DNA of 64,000 bases, taken from IMG/VR virus record IMGVR_UViG_2786546475_000032, positions 39,048 to 103,047 of that record. One strand, given 5' to 3'. Shown here piece by piece: positions 8,949 to 16,986 of the stretch (its first letter is position 1; each line of letters opens with the position of its first letter). Under the pieces are notes generated by a model. That model was not told the origin of the DNA and ran no database searches. It saw nothing but the letters and a program-made list of their open reading frames with translations. The DNA comes from a virus (taxonomy: Duplodnaviria > Caudoviricetes). The translations under genes and the position numbers were made by a program.

Positions 8949-9214
8949 TATTGACTGGACATATATGCATCATATGCATTTTTCATGTAAGACCAACAAC
9001 CATCGAGATAACACTCGATATATTTAATCTCATCATCATTTAAAGATGTATTATTGAGAATCCATTCACCTTCATGAATACATTCTCTAAGTAACGTCTC
9101 AACCTCTTTCGCGTCAGTCTTTTCAACTGACTTTCTAACCTTGTTGCCAAAGTCTTTGATAGCAGTCGAGACGTTTTCAGGGTTGAAACAAAGGCCATCA
9201 TCTTCTGGATACAT
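8948..9214 (-). CDS. hypothetical protein
   Basis: 88 aa, GGAG SD. Confidence 0.7.
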   Translation of the reverse strand: MYPEDDGLCFNPENVSTAIKDFGNKVRKSVEKTDAKEVETLLRECIHEGEWILNNTSLNDDEIKYIECYLDGCWSYMKNAYDAYMSSQ

Positions 9215-9360
9215 GATTTAGCTCCATTGTTTATAGTTTAGGTTATTCGTGATTTAAGGTGTTAGAGCGTGACTAATCGACTACCCTAGCACGGGGTTAC
9301 ATCGACGCTAAAAGTCTTAACCACCGTCTTAATATGGATTAACACGGGGTAATTATAGGC

Positions 9361-9555
9361 TTAGAACGCTCCAGCAATTGAGGTCACACACCAAACAATT
9401 GCCCAGATACACAATGCAATCATAGCTGCAATTGGAGTAGCAACTATTACGAACACAATTGAATACCCGACAAGGTAAACAAGGAATGCTCCAATAGCTT
9501 GTAATCCATTGGAGATAAAGTTTGCGATTTTACTTGCATAACTATACTTTTCCAT
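9361..9555 (-). CDS. small membrane protein
   Basis: 64 aa, about 45 hydrophobic residues. Confidence 0.7.
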   Translation of the reverse strand: MEKYSYASKIANFISNGLQAIGAFLVYLVGYSIVFVIVATPIAAMIALCIWAIVWCVTSIAGAF

Positions 9556-9564
9556 AGCTTTCTC

Positions 9565-9660
9565 TTATACAGGATTGATCATCGCCATGATAGCGAAGAA
9601 TGAAAGGACTCCCAAGATAGTCAAGGAAAATCCGAGAATAAATTCAGCTAATTCTTTCAT
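9565..9660 (-). CDS. 31-aa hydrophobic peptide (paralog of 9669-9764)
   Basis: MKELAEFILGFSLTILGVLSFFAIMAMINPV, AGGAG SD. Confidence 0.6.
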   Translation of the reverse strand: MKELAEFILGFSLTILGVLSFFAIMAMINPV

Positions 9661-9668
9661 AGCTACTC

Positions 9669-9764
9669 CTAGATAGGTTGGAACATTGCCATCATTGAGA
9701 ACAACGAAAGCAATGTGATCATGATGAGTGTGACACCGAAGATCATGGTTGTGAGTGGATTCAC
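9669..9764 (-). CDS. 31-aa hydrophobic peptide
   Basis: GTG start, MNPLTTMIFGVTLIMITLLSLFSMMAMFQPI, GAGG SD. Confidence 0.6.
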   Translation of the reverse strand: MNPLTTMIFGVTLIMITLLSLFSMMAMFQPI

Positions 9765-9774
9765 TTTTTACCTC

Positions 9775-10002
9775 TTAGTAAATCAAACTTGGAACGAATT
9801 TGCGAACGATACTCACATAGACATTTATCATACGGATAGGATCGACCTTACCGTTTGTGTATGTCATGAGTGATTCGCGAGCGTTTTGCAAACAGGCTTG
9901 AAAGACAAGCGATTGCTTATAAATGTCAACCGTTTTACCATCAACATAGATCTCATTGATAGTCATGTTGTTGAAGATCATTACATCAATTCGTTTTCCC
10001 AT
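9775..10002 (-). CDS. hypothetical protein
   Basis: 75 aa, AAGGAG SD. Confidence 0.7.
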   Translation of the reverse strand: MGKRIDVMIFNNMTINEIYVDGKTVDIYKQSLVFQACLQNARESLMTYTNGKVDPIRMINVYVSIVRKFVPSLIY

Positions 10003-10036
10003 CTATCTTTCTCCTTAGTTAGAGATTATTAAAAAG

Positions 10037-10102
10037 AGGATAGCAAGGAATCGAACCTTGTTAGAGCTAGAACCTTTTGCAAGGCATCCACTAGCCTATC
10101 CT
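10037..10102 (-). ncRNA. tRNA-like element E
   Basis: 7-bp acceptor AGGATAG/CTATCCT, 5-bp T-arm CAAGG-TTCGATT-CCTTG, internal GCTAG/CTAGC arm. Confidence 0.75.
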
Positions 10103-10108
10103 TAATGT

Positions 10109-10339
10109 TCAGATAAAACCAAGTTGGCGCAATTCCTTACGCAAGGCGCGAGTTTCGAGAAGATCCTTTTCAGTAAACTTCTCTTCTTCTCTCACTTGAC
10201 CTCTACCTAAACAAACCGTGCAAGGTTTGCCGAAGTTGGTAACAAGGTTGCCATCACAAACCGGACACAGAACGTATCCATCATCGCAAGGCTTGAGAAA
10301 CTCGACACGACCATAACCAAGACTCATAGCTTTCTCCAT
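10109..10339 (-). CDS. small zinc-finger protein (DnaJ-type CxxCxGxG repeats)
   Basis: CPVCDGN...CTVCLGRG. Confidence 0.7.
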   Translation of the reverse strand: MEKAMSLGYGRVEFLKPCDDGYVLCPVCDGNLVTNFGKPCTVCLGRGQVREEEKFTEKDLLETRALRKELRQLGFI

Positions 10340-10383
10340 TGTTAGCTATGTTATTGTTTCGTACCCAATGCTACAAGTAGCTA

Positions 10384-10656
10384 TCAAAAGAAGAATGAAT
10401 ACATGTAAGCATCCATTTCATCCATTTGTTGCATCTTGTAGCTTTCGAGATCTTGACGCCATAACTCTATTTCGCAACAGAGTTGTTGTTCGAGATCTCT
10501 TATCTCACTCAAAACCTCATCGACAAGACTTTCAGCCTCATCTTGAGAATCTGCACAAGAGGTGTTGTCACACCACCATTGCAGATTTGAACGAGCATCC
10601 TCTAGACGCCTGTTAGCATCTTCTAGCGCAAGCTCTAACCTAAGCAATTCACACAT
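10384..10656 (-). CDS. acidic coiled-coil hypothetical protein
   Basis: 90 aa, GGAG SD. Confidence 0.7.
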   Translation of the reverse strand: MCELLRLELALEDANRRLEDARSNLQWWCDNTSCADSQDEAESLVDEVLSEIRDLEQQLCCEIELWRQDLESYKMQQMDEMDAYMYSFFF

Positions 10657-10685
10657 ATTTACTCCTATGTGCTAAAGGTTTAAAG

Positions 10686-10737
10686 AGAACAGTAGGGAAT
10701 TGAACCCTATAAAACCTGAAACCTTACAGGCTGTTCT
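10686..10737 (-). ncRNA. tRNA-like element F
   Basis: AGAACAG/CTGTTCT acceptor, CCTG/CAGG arm with AAGGT loop, TAGGG-TTCAATT-CCCTA. Confidence 0.75.
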
Positions 10738-10746
10738 AAGTAGTTT

Positions 10747-11010
10747 TCAGTAACCGCAACCACATCCACAAGAGAAGTCAACAGGATCATCTGGATAGAG
10801 ATGGTTCCATTTCTCGTAAACTGACATACCATGCCATTCGTCATGCCATGTCGATTCCAATTCTTGGATGAGACTCCACGCATCATCCAAAGTGTCCTTG
10901 TCGATACCAGGGACACGAGAGAGTTTCTCATAGTCAACCCTTGCTTTTTCAGCAAGGGTTTCTATCTCATCCAATGAGAGATCTTCAGCGTTGAAGGTTT
11001 CAACTTGCAT
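10747..11010 (-). CDS. acidic hypothetical protein with C-terminal CGCGC
   Basis: 87 aa, AAGGA SD. Confidence 0.7.
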   Translation of the reverse strand: MQVETFNAEDLSLDEIETLAEKARVDYEKLSRVPGIDKDTLDDAWSLIQELESTWHDEWHGMSVYEKWNHLYPDDPVDFSCGCGCGY

Positions 11011-11037
11011 TTGTTTTCCTTTAAGGAAAGGGTTAAA

Positions 11038-11196
11038 TCAACGATCGAGAGCGTACGAACATTCCCACTGCCAAGCATCCTGTAGACGTTTGACGAGAAA
11101 GGGATACATGTTTTCCAACAATGTATACATCTCACTATCATCACGCTCACAGAAATGGAGCCAGATGTTATAGATCAATTGTTGTTGCTTAGTCAT
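11038..11196 (-). CDS. 52-aa hypothetical protein (not in ORF track)
   Basis: MTKQQQLIYNIWLHFCERDD..., GAGG SD. Confidence 0.6.
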   Translation of the reverse strand: MTKQQQLIYNIWLHFCERDDSEMYTLLENMYPFLVKRLQDAWQWECSYALDR

Positions 11197-11284
11197 AAAA
11201 TACCTCATGACTTGGAGCGTTTTGCGCTCGCGTTTATAGGATTGTGAATTTTTTCATGACGTACCGAAGTCTATACATCGAAAA

Positions 11285-11335
11285 AGAACAGTAGGGAATC
11301 GAACCCTATATACCTAGAACCTTCTAGGCTGTTCT
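11285..11335 (-). ncRNA. tRNA-like element G
   Basis: AGAACAG-CCTAGA-AGGT-TCTAGG-TATA-TAGGG-TTCGATT-CCCTA-CTGTTCT. Confidence 0.75.
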
Positions 11336-11342
11336 AAGAGGA

Positions 11343-11852
11343 TCACTCCTCTTCAGTCACCGTATTGTCCAGATCTTCGCTATCATCCTGTTGGATAGGT
11401 GCGAAAACATAGATGCTACGGTTTTCGAGAGTTTCGCCGGAATCAGCGATCCAGTTCTTGATCGCTTGAAACGCGCTACCAGGGCTCGCGTATTCCACAC
11501 CATTCTCACAAAGGAAGGTGTGAATATCGTCCTTTGTCATCGGATTGTCGGCACATTGCTTGCGCAACTTATCGACAACCTCTTGTGTCAAGCGTGACCG
11601 AGATCCCGATCCGCTGCTATTGCTCTCGCAGACAGCTTCGAGAGAGAAGTTGGAGGCGACATACTCGCCAACTACCTTGTTGAACAAGGATTGCGAGAAC
11701 ACTTGCTCACCAGCATCATCCATCACATCGAGAGGGTTAGAACCTTCCTTCAGAAGAGCGAGGATCTCAAGCCTATTCGATGCGTATGCACCAACCTTGC
11801 CTTGAAGCTCACGGATCTCTTCAGAAGACTGCTGAATCATGTTACCAATCAT
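11343..11852 (-). CDS. hypothetical protein, possible C-terminal winged helix
   Basis: 169 aa, GC-richer codons. Confidence 0.7.
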   Translation of the reverse strand: MIGNMIQQSSEEIRELQGKVGAYASNRLEILALLKEGSNPLDVMDDAGEQVFSQSLFNKVVGEYVASNFSLEAVCESNSSGSGSRSRLTQEVVDKLRKQCADNPMTKDDIHTFLCENGVEYASPGSAFQAIKNWIADSGETLENRSIYVFAPIQQDDSEDLDNTVTEEE

Positions 11853-11919
11853 GGTATTCCCTTTTTGTACTGTGGACTTTTATTAGTCCGTTTGTTGAAA
11901 CGTTCAAGAGACCATCCCT

Positions 11920-12040
11920 TGAACACTACTAAATGTAGGCTCGAAAAGTATGAAACAAGTCGAAAAATCAACTTGCTCGATTTTACTCACTCGCCTATCC
12001 CGCACCATAAACTTAAGCTCCAAAAGTATGAAACAAGTTT
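11920..12040 (-). promoter_or_regulatory. two tandem early promoter units
   Basis: AAAGTATGAAACAAG cores at 11945 and 12023 (78-bp spacing). Confidence 0.7.
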
Positions 12041-12070
12041 ATTTTCCGATTCATGAATTGAATCAGATAT

Positions 12071-12121
12071 AGAACAGTAGGGAATCGAACCCTATAGAAC
12101 CTGAAACCTTCAGGCTGTTCT
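12071..12121 (-). ncRNA. tRNA-like element H
   Basis: Same architecture as F and G. Confidence 0.75.
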
Positions 12122-12132
12122 AGTTTTCAGTA

Positions 12133-12534
12133 TCAGTAATAGTAACCAGCCTGACGAGCAAGCTGACGTTGACGATGATAATAGGCGTTCTCTCTTTCTT
12201 GGCGAGGAAGGTTTGAAGCAACCTCGAAACTAGGAGAACACCTAAAAGTATGCTTATCATTCTTCAACACTGTCAGTTGCGAAAGCGTTACATCGACCTT
12301 GACAAGCATCATCCCTCGATAATCCATCAGGACACCTTGTAATGAAGCAAGGTGAGGATCAGTCGTCCACACATATCTTGTCAACTTTACAGTATCCTCC
12401 AGAGAGTCACATGTGACATCGAACCCATGCCGATGTCGCAACTTTCTAAGGCATGTGCGAGCCTTTTGTGCATTCCCATTTTCCATATGGTCAACAAAGG
12501 ATTGCAACAGAACTTTGGCAGATGAAGTAGTCAT
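12133..12534 (-). CDS. hypothetical protein
   Basis: Start MTTSS at 12534 after AAGGAG SD. Confidence 0.7.
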   Translation of the reverse strand: MTTSSAKVLLQSFVDHMENGNAQKARTCLRKLRHRHGFDVTCDSLEDTVKLTRYVWTTDPHLASLQGVLMDYRGMMLVKVDVTLSQLTVLKNDKHTFRCSPSFEVASNLPRQERENAYYHRQRQLARQAGYYY

Positions 12535-12584
12535 TTTAGACTCCTTATTTTTAGTGCGTTCGACACCCACTGTATCGAACATTG

Positions 12585-13040
12585 TTTAATTTAAACGCCG
12601 AAAGTATGAAACAAGGCGTTTTTTCTAGAGTTAGCGTCAACCCGGTTTCCCGAGCCGACACTATAAAGTTAAGCGCCAAAAGTATGAAACAAGGCGATTT
12701 TTCAACCGCTCAATCTCACCCGCTCGCCTATCCCGCACCATAAACTTAAGCTCCAAAAGTATGAAACAAGCGCTAAATCAATTTCTCAATTTTTACGCCG
12801 TTTCCTTACCCCGTACCTTAAATGTAGGGGCGGAAAGTATGAAACAAGGATTTTTTCTCAATCCCTGTAACCACCCGATCCCCTTTCCCGTACTCTAAAG
12901 TTAACCGCGAAAAGTATGAAACAAGGCCGATTTTCAACCGCCCTTTTCCGTCCCTTCCCTTTTCCCGTACTCTAAATGTAGGCTCCAAAAGTATGAAACA
13001 AGTTTTTCCTCCTAAGCACAAAAAGTATGAAACAAGTTTT
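12585..13040 (-). repeat. tandem array of 77-78-bp promoter-like units
   Basis: AAAGTATGAAACAAG at 12601, 12679, 12756, 12834, 12911, 12988 (plus 13022); the first six have TAnnnT at fixed distance on the minus strand. Confidence 0.85.
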
Positions 13041-13677
13041 TTCTTCATCTTTTTAAAATAATTATATTCCTTTTAGAAATAAATTCATGATATATATTTA
13101 TATATATCACTCAAAAAACCCCACCCAAAAAGAAAAACAAAAAGAAACCCTACTCAGATAGATAAAGAGAATCCAGATATAGAGAAGGAAGATATAGTAT
13201 TAATAGATATGTCTAAAACAAATACACACTAAGACAATACCTAAATAAAGGATACCGACACACATATAACACACAAACCTAGCTCATATTGATACACCTT
13301 TGAAAACCTCTATGTTTTAGATTGTTGTAAATCACCCATATTCAGAAGATTGTTGTAAATTTTGGCTACCGAAAAACGATATCTCAAACTTATACATAGC
13401 TTATAAAGGGGTTTTACACTAATAGGGGTCATATTGATACCCTTAGTTAGATATAGGGGCCATATCGTGTTAATATGGGTTAAAAAGAGGTGTTTAAGGT
13501 TGACTTAGGTCTAAAAGAGGCATGTTTAAGGGGTAGGTCAGAATGATATGGGTTTGTTAGACATATGATAAATGAAGTTTACATAATGCCATCCCCGCAT
13601 ATCATCTGGCGACAGGTTTAAAAGATATGGGTCAGGGTTGGTTGTATTTAAAAGATCTGATATAGATTTGATATATC

Positions 13678-14017
13678 TTACAGCAGGTTCTCAAGCGGCT
13701 TTAGCCGCGTTTTGACCCCTATTTAAAAGATATATGTAGAACGATGATAAAGGCAGTTTACATAATGCCTTCTGAACTTATTCTATATCTCTTAGACATA
13801 TATCTTTTAAATAGGGGTCAAAAAGCTGTCTTACCCTAGGGCCAAAAAAAACGAACAACTATATCTCACCCGCATATATAGCTATCTTTAGGCAATCGTC
13901 TAAATGTACCATTTTTTGATATAGGTCTAAAAAAGTGTAACAAGTTTGGAGTTTTTCCTAGATGCGGATCATAAAATGGCAATTTTTACAGCAGGTTCAC
14001 AAGCGGCTTTAGCCGCG
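13678..14017. repeat. 32-bp direct repeat (13678-13709, 13986-14017) and 28-bp perfect inverted repeat (13710-13737 / 13796-13823)
   Basis: TTACAGCAGGTTCWCAAGCGGCTTTAGCCGCG twice; TTTTGACCCCTATTTAAAAGATATATGT and its reverse complement. Confidence 0.85.
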
Positions 14018-14162
14018 ATATGTAGGAAATAGATATAGGCTATATCAAAAAGATAATGGTCGAGTCCGATAAGTGATATTATGTAAACCAGGCCCCCAGG
14101 GGGTAGAAGGTCCGATAAGTGATATTATGTAAACTCGTTTCACAAGGGGGTCGCAAGCGATT

Positions 14163-14279
14163 TTTTAGATAGGGGTAAAAATGATATACTTCCTTCTCTA
14201 TATCTGTATTCTATATCTTCCTTCTCTATATCTGTATTCTATATCTTCCTTCTCTATATCTTTTTACCCCTATCTAAAA
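14163..14279. repeat. 19-bp inverted repeat enclosing a 29-bp tandem repeat
   Basis: TTTTAGATAGGGGTAAAAA / TTTTTACCCCTATCTAAAA around (CTTCCTTCTCTATATCTGTATTCTATAT)n; inverted copy of part of the unit at 13175-13197. Confidence 0.85.
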
Positions 14280-14319
14280 CAAGGTCCGATAAGACCGCAT
14301 TATGTAAACTTGGTTTAGA

Positions 14320-14600
14320 TGCAAAATATGTGCCAAAAAATTAGGCATGACTTTTGCATATGGAAAAGCTGATAAACCAAGTTTACATAATGCGCGGCTT
14401 GCAACCCCCGTGCCAACTATTCAAAAAATGGTAAAATAATTCAAGGTCCGATAAGTCGTGTTATGTAAACTAGCTGAGTTTACATAATACCCGCAAGCCG
14501 ATCCACAAGCTGGCGGAAATGTCAAGAGAAATTTGTAATTATTTTTATGCAGGAGCCTTTCAAAATCCGTGCCAACTTTCGGTATGCAATCCCTATGCCA
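14320..14600. promoter_or_regulatory. cluster of five sigma54 (RpoN) -24/-12 boxes
   Basis: TGGCACATATTTTGCA (14320,-), AGGCATGACTTTTGCA (14343,+), TGGCACGGGGGTTGCA (14400,-), TGGCACGGATTTTGAA (14559,-), TGGCATAGGGATTGCA (14585,-). Confidence 0.75.
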
Positions 14601-14630
14601 ACTTTTTACACAAATTTCGACTTGCACCTA

Positions 14631-14770
14631 ATTATACCATACTCCGAATATGAATTACAAGATCTTTTTTCAACTTTTTTCAGCGTCCGATAAGTTGTGT
14701 TATGTAAACTTCGGGTTCACAGAATTCGAGCAAGCGATTTTACCATATTGATTTATGGTTTGTCAAAGGG
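14631..14770 (-). promoter_or_regulatory. two sigma70-type promoters with extended -10
   Basis: TTGTAA-N18-TATAAT and TTGACA-N18-TAAAAT, both with TGn before -10 and upstream A-tracts. Confidence 0.7.
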
Positions 14771-14835
14771 TTTTTTCAACTTTTTTAGCGTCCGGTAAGA
14801 GGCATTATGTCAACTTGTCGGGTAGGTCAAAAAGA

Positions 14836-14857
14836 AAGCCCTCAAAAAGAGGGCTTA
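14836..14857. terminator. intrinsic terminator
   Basis: AAGCCCTC-AAAAA-GAGGGCTT hairpin, T-tract on the minus strand after ORF 14887. Confidence 0.6.
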
Positions 14858-14886
14858 TTTAAGATGGGTTGATTTGATATAGATTT

Positions 14887-15222
14887 TTAGATGAGTGCGC
14901 ACTTGATGCGCTCTGGGCGAACCCTCTCTCTTATATCATTGTAAACCATATACATCTCAAAAATGGTCTCTGGAGGGTTAGGGGGATTATTATTACTCTC
15001 ATATTGATACAGGTCGAAACGATACCTATTTCCATTGTTGATCACAGTGATAGTATCACCAGTAATATAAACTTTATTATCCCCCTTGACATAATCATAG
15101 TTCAAGGTGAGCACCTTTCTACCATGCGTAGTTTTGTGACGCTTGCTAAGGGTGTAACCTTCAGCTTTGATCCAATTGTGAATGTCGTAGAGAGCGCTAG
15201 CGATAAGATTAGCCATTTTCAA
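14887..15222 (-). CDS. hypothetical protein
   Basis: 111 aa, between the two dif clusters. Confidence 0.7.
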   Translation of the reverse strand: MKMANLIASALYDIHNWIKAEGYTLSKRHKTTHGRKVLTLNYDYVKGDNKVYITGDTITVINNGNRYRFDLYQYESNNNPPNPPETIFEMYMVYNDIRERVRPERIKCALI

Positions 15223-15283
15223 AATCCTTTTTTGGATTAGGGTTAAAACAAGATAGGTCGGAATGACCTATCTCTATGTGCAA

Positions 15284-15322
15284 TACCCCTTGAGGAATCG
15301 AACCTCGTAACCGGTAGGGGTA
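15284..15322 (-). ncRNA. tRNA-like element I
   Basis: TACCCCT/AGGGGTA acceptor, GAGG-TTCGATT-CCTC T-arm. Confidence 0.65.
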
Positions 15323-15338
15323 AAAGATATATCTCTAT

Positions 15339-15725
15339 TCAGTAGGGTTTGGGATAGTGGTGCTTATTGGTGCCAGTCAGATAGTGTTTAATCTGGCCTT
15401 CCTCATCTACCATCCAATTCCAGGGATGGAAAAACTCGCTACCTGGCTTGTCGCACTGGTAGACCATCATGAGGAATGATTTACTCTGTTTCTTCTCGCC
15501 ATCAAACTTCCACGCGAGGGTATCAGCGTAAGTAACGTAGGCGCTAGGATTGGAGCAGTATTCCTCACGGTTAGCAGCGCTAGGACTACTAACCATCGCG
15601 GTGTACCGCGCGAATGCTTTCTGAGTGTCACTGACCCCTAAGTCAGCGATAGCTTGGGTGGCATACCAGAAGGTGGCGCACGCGAGAAGAATTCCAGCCA
15701 CGATCGTCAAGTCAGCTTTCGTCAT
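15339..15725 (-). CDS. exported or membrane-anchored hypothetical protein
   Basis: Start MTKADLTIVAGILLACATFWYA at 15725 after GAGG SD. Confidence 0.7.
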   Translation of the reverse strand: MTKADLTIVAGILLACATFWYATQAIADLGVSDTQKAFARYTAMVSSPSAANREEYCSNPSAYVTYADTLAWKFDGEKKQSKSFLMMVYQCDKPGSEFFHPWNWMVDEEGQIKHYLTGTNKHHYPKPY

Positions 15726-15974
15726 GTTCGTAACCTCATGTTCATGTTTCAGTGTGTCGCTCTCGTTCAGTACACCCTGAGTGTACATGACGATTGATGA
15801 AAAAACAATACCCCAAAGTAAGAAACAAGGACTTTTTTGCATAGAAAATCCCGAACACCAGCTATGCATCATTCGCATATTTCAAAGGTTGGAGAATGGT
15901 CGTTCGCCAGGGGCATAGGTCAATTTGAGGTATATCTTTTTGAAGGGGGTCGATTACACGGGGGTGCCAAGCCG

Positions 15975-16006
15975 ATTATACCATACCTCAAATATGGTTG
16001 TAAAGC
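15975..16006 (-). promoter_or_regulatory. sigma70-type promoter
   Basis: TTTACA-N18-TATAAT with TGn extension. Confidence 0.6.
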
Positions 16007-16056
16007 ATTATTTCAAACTATTTTCGCACCGATTATGTCAACCCGCGTTATCACTC

Positions 16057-16084
16057 AGTTGACATAATACCGCTTATCAGACTT
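16057..16084 (-). other. dif-like Xer site
   Basis: AAGTCTGATAA-GCGGTA-TTATGTCAACT. Confidence 0.75.
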
Positions 16085-16695
16085 TCTAAAAGATAGGGTA
16101 AGGGTGATATAGCTCTTAAAGAGGTAGGTCGATTCAGCTATATCATTTAGGGGTAGGTCAGAATAGTAGGTGGGAGATTGCTGTATCTCTTTAATAGGGT
16201 TAACGAGAGTGTTCTTACAAGAGGTAGTGTAGAATGATGTGGGTTTAAAAGAGGTATGCTGAAAAGGTGGGTCAAACAAACCCACCTCATCTGATACCCT
16301 CTTTTGGATATGTTGAATCATCTTGTTCAATCCAAGTGTTCAAAACGCTTTTGTATATAAGCTTTCAACACTTCATTTCAACATAAGCTAAAATCCTTAT
16401 ATGCAATTCAAGTGTTGAAAGGCTTATGTTTAGTTGTAAAAATAACCGTAAAAATAATTCTGTTAGTATTAAGTGCAAAACTTGCGAGAAGGGCTCTAGA
16501 AGGCTCGTGAGAGGACGCTATTTCGCTACCCTTGTCAGTGTATTGACCTATCCTTTCAAATGGATTCTGAGCCAATCTGTGGACCCCGTTTCACCCGCAT
16601 AGAATGCGGACTTCCGGCATTATCTAATAGATTTCATGCCTGGATCACAGTTTCAAGAGTTTGTCAAGCGATCGGCCAAAATAGCTTAATTTTCC

Positions 16696-16864
16696 TGGCA
16701 CACACCTTGCATACACTACCTCATCATTACCTATATCTATTTAACCTATCCCTTTTTACACCCATAGCGACTTGGATGCAAAACCTGTGCCAAGCCTGTT
16801 TGTCAACAAAAATCCTGAAGTTGACATAACGCACCTTATCGGACCTTTTGCAAGATCAGTGCCA
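16696..16864. promoter_or_regulatory. cluster of three sigma54 boxes
   Basis: TGGCACACACCTTGCA (16696,+), TGGCACAGGTTTTGCA (16777,-), TGGCACTGATCTTGCA (16849,-). Confidence 0.75.
16819..16846 (-). other. dif-like Xer site
   Basis: AGGTCCGATAA-GGTGCG-TTATGTCAACT. Confidence 0.8.
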
Positions 16865-16986
16865 AGCCTGTTTTGCAAGCTGTTTTTGAAATAAGTTGAG
16901 TTGACATAATCCACGCATACCGCGTCCCTCGTTTCTGATCTACATGCTCGAGTTTTTGTCAAGGGAAAAGAAAGTTTAAAAAAATG

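Larger units (their letters stand above)
14062..14815 (+). other. cluster of six XerC/XerD dif-like sites
   Basis: nnGTCCGRTAA-N6(7)-TTATGTMAACY at 14062, 14108, 14282 (7-bp spacer), 14444, 14683, 14788. Confidence 0.8.

Noticed and set aside
12601-12615. parS sites (TGAAACA half-match)
   Set aside because: Only half of TGTTTCACGTGAAACA matches and there is no palindrome.
12585-13040. CRISPR array interpretation of the 77-78-bp periodic repeats
   Set aside because: Core is only 15 bp, the intervening parts resemble each other (about 48 bp identical between the 12023 and 12756 units), single copies sit upstream of genes, and no cas genes are present.
13500-16200. FtsK KOPS (GGGNAGGG) and IHF sites around the dif array
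   Set aside because: Only near-matches such as GGGTAGGT and GGTCAGGG were seen; not supportable by eye.
12818-16829. ORFs 12818-13048, 14421-14627, 15837-16067, 16055-16330, 16560-16829 and 16756-17034
   Set aside because: No SD, atypical composition, and they overlap repeats and binding-site arrays; likely spurious.
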